Made by a program: the position numbers and the translations under genes. The notes under the pieces were generated by a model. The model did not search any database. It saw nothing but the letters and a program-made list of their open reading frames with translations, and was not told the DNA's origin. A stretch of DNA of 33,908 nt from a virus: the IMG/VR virus record IMGVR_UViG_3300029130_000028, positions 1 through 33,908 of that record. One strand, 5' to 3'. Position 1 is the first letter of the stretch, and each line of letters opens with the position of its first letter. Below are positions 29,811 to 33,908 of this stretch, piece by piece.

Positions 29811-30585
29811 GGTCCGTACCTCCCTCCGCCAGATATTCCCACACCCATGCGCGGTAGTCGGCTGCCGCCGCGCTGCGGGGGCTGTAGTCCATGACCGGCT
29901 GCCGGGAGAACGTGCTCTCCGGCACCTTCTCCGTCCGCCGGATCACCGACGTGAACACCGGCAGGCTCAGGCCCCGCAGCAGCGCCTCGCCCTGCCGCAC
30001 CACGTCGCTGTTGTGCCACTGGCAGATCAAAACGCCGGCCACTTTGATGGCGGGGTTGGCGGCGCGCATGCTGCTGATCTGTGCCGCCATGTCGCTGACG
30101 CCCCAGACGGAGAAGCCATCCACCACCATGGGAACGACCACCTCGTCCGCCGCCATCAGCGCCGCACAGCTCGCCGCCGTGAAACCGGGAGGGCAGTCGA
30201 AGATCATGTAGTCCATGCCGTCGGACGCCGCCGCGTCACGGAAGTCCCGCAAAGAATTGATGCTGTGGATGCTGCTTTTCAGCGCCCGCACGTCCAGCCC
30301 GTACAGGGCGCTGGATGCCGGCAGCAGCTGCACAAGGCCACCGGCGTCCACGGGGATGGTGCTGTCGCTCCACACGGGCTCCGCCTGCCCCTCCAGCACG
30401 TCCGCCACTGTGGCGGTGTTGTCCGGGTCGAGATCCGGAAAGTAGAACCGCGTCAGGCTCATCTGCCCGTCGCAGTCCACCAGAACCACCCGCCTGCCGG
30501 CGCGCCGCAGGGCGTCCGCCAGGTTGATGGCCGTGACGGTTTTCCCCACGCCGCCCTTCAAGTTCATGATCGCTATGGTTTTCAT
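29797..30585 (-). CDS. parA: ParA/Soj-type partition ATPase
   Basis: MKTIAIMNLKGGVGKTVTAINLADAL carries the deviant Walker A KGGxGK[ST]. VVLVDCDGQ follows. Confidence 0.9.
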   Translation of the reverse strand: MKTIAIMNLKGGVGKTVTAINLADALRRAGRRVVLVDCDGQMSLTRFYFPDLDPDNTATVADVLEGQAEPVWSDSTIPVDAGGLVQLLPASSALYGLDVRALKSSIHSINSLRDFRDAAASDGMDYMIFDCPPGFTAASCAALMAADEVVVPMVVDGFSVWGVSDMAAQISSMRAANPAIKVAGVLICQWHNSDVVRQGEALLRGLSLPVFTSVIRRTEKVPESTFSRQPVMDYSPRSAAAADYRAWVWEYLAEGGTDRGEV

Positions 30586-30597
30586 GTTGCTCGTACC

Positions 30598-30789
30598 TCA
30601 CTTTTTCGTTTTTCTGCACGGGATGCATTCCCGATACCTATACCGCCCTGTGCTCCGTTCCACCACCGCAAAACGGCCCTCCGGATGCACCCAGACCACC
30701 GGCACCACGACGCTGGGCGCCCGCAGTTCCGTGTCCTTGGCGTATCGCAGCACAAAGGGAACATATGTAACCTTGTCGCCTGTCTGCAT
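30598..30789 (-). CDS. Hypothetical small protein (63 aa)
   Basis: The ATG at 30789 has the RBS AAGGAG. It fills the dnaB-parA gap. The longer track ORF 30598..31371 is an alternative-frame artefact over dnaB. Confidence 0.5.
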   Translation of the reverse strand: MQTGDKVTYVPFVLRYAKDTELRAPSVVVPVVWVHPEGRFAVVERSTGRYRYRECIPCRKTKK

Positions 30790-30800
30790 AGGGTCTCCTT

Positions 30801-32135
30801 TCAGAACGGCACGTCGCCGTCGTCTTTGATTTCGTGGAAGCTGACCTGCGCCGGAAGCGGCGCCGACTTGGCCACCGGCTTCGGCATGGGGCGGAAGCTC
30901 TGGATACGGCCTTGGAACTGCATCACCTTGTACCAGCCAGCCTGTCCGTCCTTGTTCTTGTCGCATTTCAGTACGCGCGCCCCGGAGCGGTCCTCCGGAT
31001 CCTCCAGATACAGCAGGAAAATGGCGTCCGCGTCCATGGTGATCTGTCGACTCTCTCGCAGGTCGTACATGGTCGGCGCCTCGGTCTTCTTCCGCCCGGT
31101 GTCCGGCGTCAGCTGGGACAGCACCACCGCCGTGATGCCGTGCTCGTGGCTCATCCGCTGCAGGCCGCGGCTGATGGAGCTGACCTCCTCCGGACGGCTC
31201 CAGCCCCTCCGCCCGTCCGCCTCGATGAGCTGCAGGTAGTCGATGAACACCACGTCGTAGTGCCGGGACAGCGCCACGGACTGGATGTCTGCCACGGTGA
31301 AGCCGCTGCACTGCATGATCTGCAGGCCCGTCCTGCTCAGACTGGACGCCGCGTAAGCCAGCTCCTCCCACTCCTTTTCGCCCAGCTTGTTTTGCTTGAT
31401 GTCACTCAGGTCGATCATGGCCCTGGCGGACATGATGCGGTCGGCCAGTTTGGCTTTGTCCGTCTCAAAGGAGAAAAAGCCCACCCGGTACCGCTCCGCC
31501 ATCTTCATGGCCATGCCCAGCGCCAGACACGTCTTTCCGGCGCTGGGGTATCCACCGATGACACAGTAGTCACCTCGAGTGGTGTATACCCGCTCGTCGA
31601 TGAAGTCATAGCCCCAGCGGATGTACTCCGGCTTCTCCGTCTCCCCATGTCGGGCAGAGAAGTTCTCCCACATCCGGGTCATGTCCCAGACCTCCACGCC
31701 GGATTTCAGGCTCATGGCGGCGTTGGCCTTTTCCATCAGCTTTTCCGCCGCCAGAAGATCTTCCGTCTCCGCCAGCGCCGCGCCGATGCTCCGCAGCCGC
31801 CACACGATGCTCTCCCGCTTGAGGATCTCCACGTAGGAGCCCACGTTGGCGCTGGTGGGCGTCACGTCCATCAGCTGCACCAACATCTCGCCGTAGTCCT
31901 GTCCGGCGCGCTCCTTCAGCGCCGCGCCCACCGTCACGGGGTCGACCGGCTGCGCCTCCTGAAACAGCTGCCGGATGCAGCCGTACACCGTGCGGTAGAC
32001 CGACGACACGAACATCGCCTCCGACGTATCCGCCAGCACATCGGCAATGCAGTCCGCGTCGATCAGCATCGCACCCAGCACGGCAGCCTGCGCCGTCGCC
32101 AGCCTCTGGGACTGGATCGGGGCGTCAATTGTCAT
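30801..32135 (-). CDS. dnaB: Replicative DNA helicase DnaB
   Basis: Walker A is GGYPSAGKTCLALGMA. The translations ...FIDYLQLI..., ISRGLQRMSHEHGITAVVLSQL and RESRQITMDADAIFLLY are also present. Confidence 0.93.
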   Translation of the reverse strand: MTIDAPIQSQRLATAQAAVLGAMLIDADCIADVLADTSEAMFVSSVYRTVYGCIRQLFQEAQPVDPVTVGAALKERAGQDYGEMLVQLMDVTPTSANVGSYVEILKRESIVWRLRSIGAALAETEDLLAAEKLMEKANAAMSLKSGVEVWDMTRMWENFSARHGETEKPEYIRWGYDFIDERVYTTRGDYCVIGGYPSAGKTCLALGMAMKMAERYRVGFFSFETDKAKLADRIMSARAMIDLSDIKQNKLGEKEWEELAYAASSLSRTGLQIMQCSGFTVADIQSVALSRHYDVVFIDYLQLIEADGRRGWSRPEEVSSISRGLQRMSHEHGITAVVLSQLTPDTGRKKTEAPTMYDLRESRQITMDADAIFLLYLEDPEDRSGARVLKCDKNKDGQAGWYKVMQFQGRIQSFRPMPKPVAKSAPLPAQVSFHEIKDDGDVPF

Positions 32136-32902
32136 ATCTCGTAGTCACCCTTCCTCTCCTGCACACGGGTGGATGCCGGCACGGCAGGGGAGGGCGCGTC
32201 CAGCTCGTCGGCGTCCTTCCACCTCTGCCCGTTCAAGAACGTGGCCACGTGGGGGATGCCAATGCCGCGCTGCCACTCCTCCGTGGCCAGCAGCTTCTCC
32301 AGCGCCCGCCCGATCCTGGCGATCAGCGCGTCGTCCGGTTTCAGCTTGTCCCAGGCGTCCATGGCCCGCTGCTTGTTCCGCCGCCCCTTGGCCGGATAGT
32401 AGTTCCACATCCCCGCGAAGCGCTCCGGCTTCCAGTCCGGCTGCTCCCGCGGCACACCCTTGTGCACACGTTTTTGCACACCTTCCCCCAATGGGGGTAT
32501 GGGGGTTATATTATAATTATCTGTTCTTATATTGTGGGGGGTCGACTTTTTTGCCGACACCCCCCCGACTTTTTTGCCGAGAGGGGTCTCGGCATTTTTG
32601 CCGACACCCCTTGTGCAAACACCGGCGAAGATCCGGCGCTCGCTTCCGGTGGCCGTAGGTACCATTTCCACCGTCAGGTAGCCCGCGTCCCGGAGCTTCC
32701 GGATCAGCCGTGTTACCGTGTCCGCCGACCAGCCGTACAGCTCCGCGAAGTAGTCGTTCTTTGCCCAGCAGAAGCCTTTCCTGTCACACAATGCGGAGAT
32801 CTCGCCGTATAACAGCTTCGCGTTGGCAGGGAGACGGTCGTCATACCGCACCGGGGCGGGGATGACGCCCCAATAGGCGGGCTGTTCAATTTTTTTGCTC
32901 AT
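32132..32902 (-). CDS. Replisome organizer / replication initiator (N-terminal wHTH, DnaD-like C-terminal domain)
   Basis: The N-terminus reads YWGVIPAPVRYDDRLPANAKLLYGEISALCDRKGFCWAKNDYFAELYGWSADTVTRLIRKLRDAGYL. The C-terminus reads WNYYPAKGRRNKQRAMDAW...FLNGQRWKD. There is an ATGA overlap with dnaB. Confidence 0.8.
   Translation of the reverse strand: MSKKIEQPAYWGVIPAPVRYDDRLPANAKLLYGEISALCDRKGFCWAKNDYFAELYGWSADTVTRLIRKLRDAGYLTVEMVPTATGSERRIFAGVCTRGVGKNAETPLGKKVGGVSAKKSTPHNIRTDNYNITPIPPLGEGVQKRVHKGVPREQPDWKPERFAGMWNYYPAKGRRNKQRAMDAWDKLKPDDALIARIGRALEKLLATEEWQRGIGIPHVATFLNGQRWKDADELDAPSPAVPASTRVQERKGDYEI
32455..32620. promoter_or_regulatory. Candidate origin of replication inside the organizer gene: three to four inverted-repeat iterons plus an AT-rich 30-mer
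   Basis: Three units of the form CGACTTTTTTGCCGA start at 32543, 32566 and 32590, spaced 23-24 bp. A related unit, TGTGCAcacgttttTGCACA, is at 32461-32480. The tract 32506-32535 is almost pure A/T in an otherwise GC-rich genome. Confidence 0.6.
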
Positions 32903-32918
32903 GGCAGTCCTGACCCCC

Positions 32919-32947
32919 TTGTAAAAGCCTCCCGGCTCTGGTATAAT
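32919..32947 (+). promoter_or_regulatory. Near-consensus promoter: TTGTAA-17-TGgTATAAT
   Basis: TTGTAA is at 32919-32924 and TATAAT at 32942-32947, preceded by TGG. It is antisense to the early operon. Confidence 0.6.
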
Positions 32948-32953
32948 TATCTT

Positions 32954-33026
32954 GCTCGTGAGAAGCGCATGCGCTTCGACTCACTGAACCGCTTTCTGGC
33001 TCCACCCAGAGGGCGGTTCTTTTTTT
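32954..33026 (+). ncRNA. Candidate ~73-nt antisense small RNA (promoter, stem-loop and intrinsic terminator)
   Basis: Stem-loop 1 is GTGAGAAGCGC-AT-GCGCTTCGACTCAC (32958-32985). The terminator is GAACCGC...CTGG/CCAG...GCGGTTC (32986-33019), followed by T7 (33020-33026). No plus-strand ORF is present. Confidence 0.5.
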
Positions 33027-33109
33027 GCGCCTTGCCGCAGCCGTCCACCCATCGGACGACGGCCGCCGCACCGGCTGCCGCGCAGATGTACTGCACCGCC
33101 ATTGCCCAG

Positions 33110-33385
33110 CTATCCACAGATCACACCTCCCTCCGGCGTATCCAGCGGCATGAAGCGGATATCGGTGTAGTATTTCTTCCAGCGGGCGGGATCCTCGATG
33201 CCGCCGCCGCTCCGGTAAAACCACAACTTCCGGGCGTCCGGCTCCCGAGGGTCCGTCGCGAAGTGCCCCACGCGGTAGGTGGCGTCCTTGGCAAAACTCA
33301 GCGACCCCGTGCGCACCACCACCGCCTGGCCCAGAGGGGGCCGCATATCGGGGTGTCGGAGATCCAGATAGTTCCACATTGGCAT
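33110..33385 (-). CDS. Hypothetical early protein (91 aa) with a DUF551-like C-terminal ..RFMPLDTPE
   Basis: The ATG at 33385 has the RBS GAGGAGGTGA. Confidence 0.55.
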   Translation of the reverse strand: MPMWNYLDLRHPDMRPPLGQAVVVRTGSLSFAKDATYRVGHFATDPREPDARKLWFYRSGGGIEDPARWKKYYTDIRFMPLDTPEGGVICG

Positions 33386-33397
33386 CCCGTCACCTCC

Positions 33398-33646
33398 TCA
33401 GCACGCCTTCGCCCACGCAGCGAACAGCTCGTCCTTGGGAATGCGCGCCGCCTTGGCGATGGCCGCAATCTCCTTGCCGGAGCAGCTGGGCAGGTCCTTG
33501 ATCCGGGCATAGATAGTGCTGCGGCTCATGCCCGCCGCCCGCGCCATACCGTCCAGGCCACCGTGCAGGGCGTAGGCCTGCGCCTTGATGCGGACCGCCA
33601 TGTCCTTGGCGGCGTCTGTCTTCGCACTCAAAATCGTCCGGGGCAT
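33398..33646 (-). CDS. Small HTH protein (82 aa)
   Basis: The ATG at 33646 overlaps the upstream TGA, and the RBS is GAGGAGGTG. MARAAGMSRSTIYARIKDL is a typical HTH recognition segment. Confidence 0.6.
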   Translation of the reverse strand: MPRTILSAKTDAAKDMAVRIKAQAYALHGGLDGMARAAGMSRSTIYARIKDLPSCSGKEIAAIAKAARIPKDELFAAWAKAC

Positions 33647-33908
33647 CACTGCACCTCCTCTGCGTACTGCAAGGCCAACGCGGCCTGCACGATATCCCCC
33701 AGCTCGCAAGTGATTTCCTCAAAGAGCGCCCGCTCGCCGTCGCTGATGACGCCGTCCTCGGCGATCTCCATCAGCTGGTCGCTGCGGTGCGCCTCCGCGA
33801 AGCGCATCACCCGCCGCACCAGCTTGATCACCGCCACCGGCAGCGGCTCCGGCCGCGCCTCCTGCACGCAATCCGGCAGCAGCGCCGTCTTGAGCTGCAG
33901 GTGCTGCA
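33646..33908 (-). CDS. 3' part of the junction-spanning XRE-family regulator (see 1..286)
   Basis: It is in frame with the ATG at 286 after removal of the 99-bp duplicated overlap. The C-terminal half is ...LPVAVIKLVRRVMRFAEAHRSDQLMEIAEDGVISDGERALFEEITCELGDIVQAALALQYAEEVQ. Confidence 0.75.
   Translation of the reverse strand, partial: QHLQLKTALLPDCVQEARPEPLPVAVIKLVRRVMRFAEAHRSDQLMEIAEDGVISDGERALFEEITCELGDIVQAALALQYAEEVQ
33810..33908. repeat. Terminal overlap copy 2, identical to 1-99
   Basis: Same comparison as for 1-99. Confidence 0.9.

Larger units (their letters stand above)
1..33908. mobile_element. Complete circularly closed temperate tailed-phage genome (siphovirus-like, HK97-type head module); unique length 33,809 bp
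   Basis: The ends are identical over 99 bp. A full lysogeny, replication, packaging, head, tail and lysis gene set is present. An integrase lies next to a tRNA-like attP. One ORF is in frame across the junction. Confidence 0.85.

Noticed and set aside
30598-31371. The 257-aa track ORF overlapping dnaB in another frame
   Set aside because: Only its last 63 codons (from the ATG at 30789, with an AAGGAG RBS) lie in the dnaB-parA gap. The remainder is an Arg/Gly/Pro-rich shadow of dnaB.
4981-32144. Long ORFs antisense to well-supported genes (for example 4981..5979+, 7354..8481+, 12143..13174+, 16792..17979+, 18695..19888+, 19977..21038+, 28236..29381+, 29722..31239+, 30834..32144+)
   Set aside because: They are typical high-GC shadow ORFs. 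They are rich in Arg, Ala, Gly, Pro and His, have no RBS and no recognisable motifs, and fully overlap genes with clear family signatures on the other strand.
32541-32610. A CRISPR-like array or tandem repeat
   Set aside because: There are only three or four short units (about 15-18 bp), each internally palindromic and T-tract centred, and all lie inside a CDS. No cas genes are present and the spacers are not unique. They are better explained as origin iterons.
32947-33102. A 51-codon minus-strand ORF (MAVQYICAAAGAAAVVRWVDGCGKAQKKNRPLGG...) filling the gap upstream of the organizer gene
   Set aside because: It has a weak or absent Shine-Dalgarno sequence, unlike nearly every other gene here. 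Its composition is typical of random high-GC ORFs. The region is better explained by the plus-strand promoter, hairpin and terminator. It is kept as an alternative in the sRNA finding.

Overview
The window is one complete, circularly closed genome of a temperate siphovirus-type phage, or an excised or episomal prophage. The host is probably a high-GC Firmicutes/Clostridia-like bacterium; that rests on strong AGGAGG ribosome binding sites and gene content and is inference only.

Closure: bases 1-99 are identical to 33810-33908, so the unique length is 33,809 bp. A 149-codon XRE ORF reads in frame across the junction.

Plus strand, lysogeny and immunity block (543-4043):
- two XRE regulators
- a membrane-anchored protein
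- a bacterial-PH-domain moron bracketed by identical hairpin terminators
- a tyrosine integrase (2800-3963)
- an attP carrying the 3' end of a tRNA/tmRNA-like gene (3975-4002) plus its terminator

Minus strand, in transcription order:
- early promoter at 675-703
- cro-like and XRE/HTH genes (510..1, then 33908..33398)
- candidate antisense sRNA locus
- DnaD-like replisome organizer with an internal iteron/AT-rich origin
- DnaB
- ParA/ParB
- about ten small early genes
- HUH Rep-like protein
- long terminator hairpin
- HNH
- ParB-N-domain protein plus a radical SAM enzyme
- TerS, TerL, portal, ClpP-like protease and capsid
- connectors
- tail module (G/G-T -1 frameshift, tape measure, Dit, Tal, BppU)
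- holin and endolysin
- a moron block with its own promoters (5835..4161) next to attP

Items most worth follow-up:
1. The translationally coupled ParB-N plus B12-binding-like radical SAM pair. It has lower GC and is wedged between HNH and the terminase. It is a candidate DNA-modification or anti-restriction module.
2. An exact 17-nt palindrome, GTGCCCGAWTCGGGCAC, dispersed four times, with two degenerate copies. It could be a terminator, a regulatory hairpin or a parS-like site.
3. ParAB and an integrase/attP in the same genome.
4. The origin embedded in the organizer gene, and the countertranscript-like sRNA next to it.
5. The moron operons with their own promoters, which have an anti-defence-like architecture.

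All functional calls come from reading motifs in the translations. No database search was possible.
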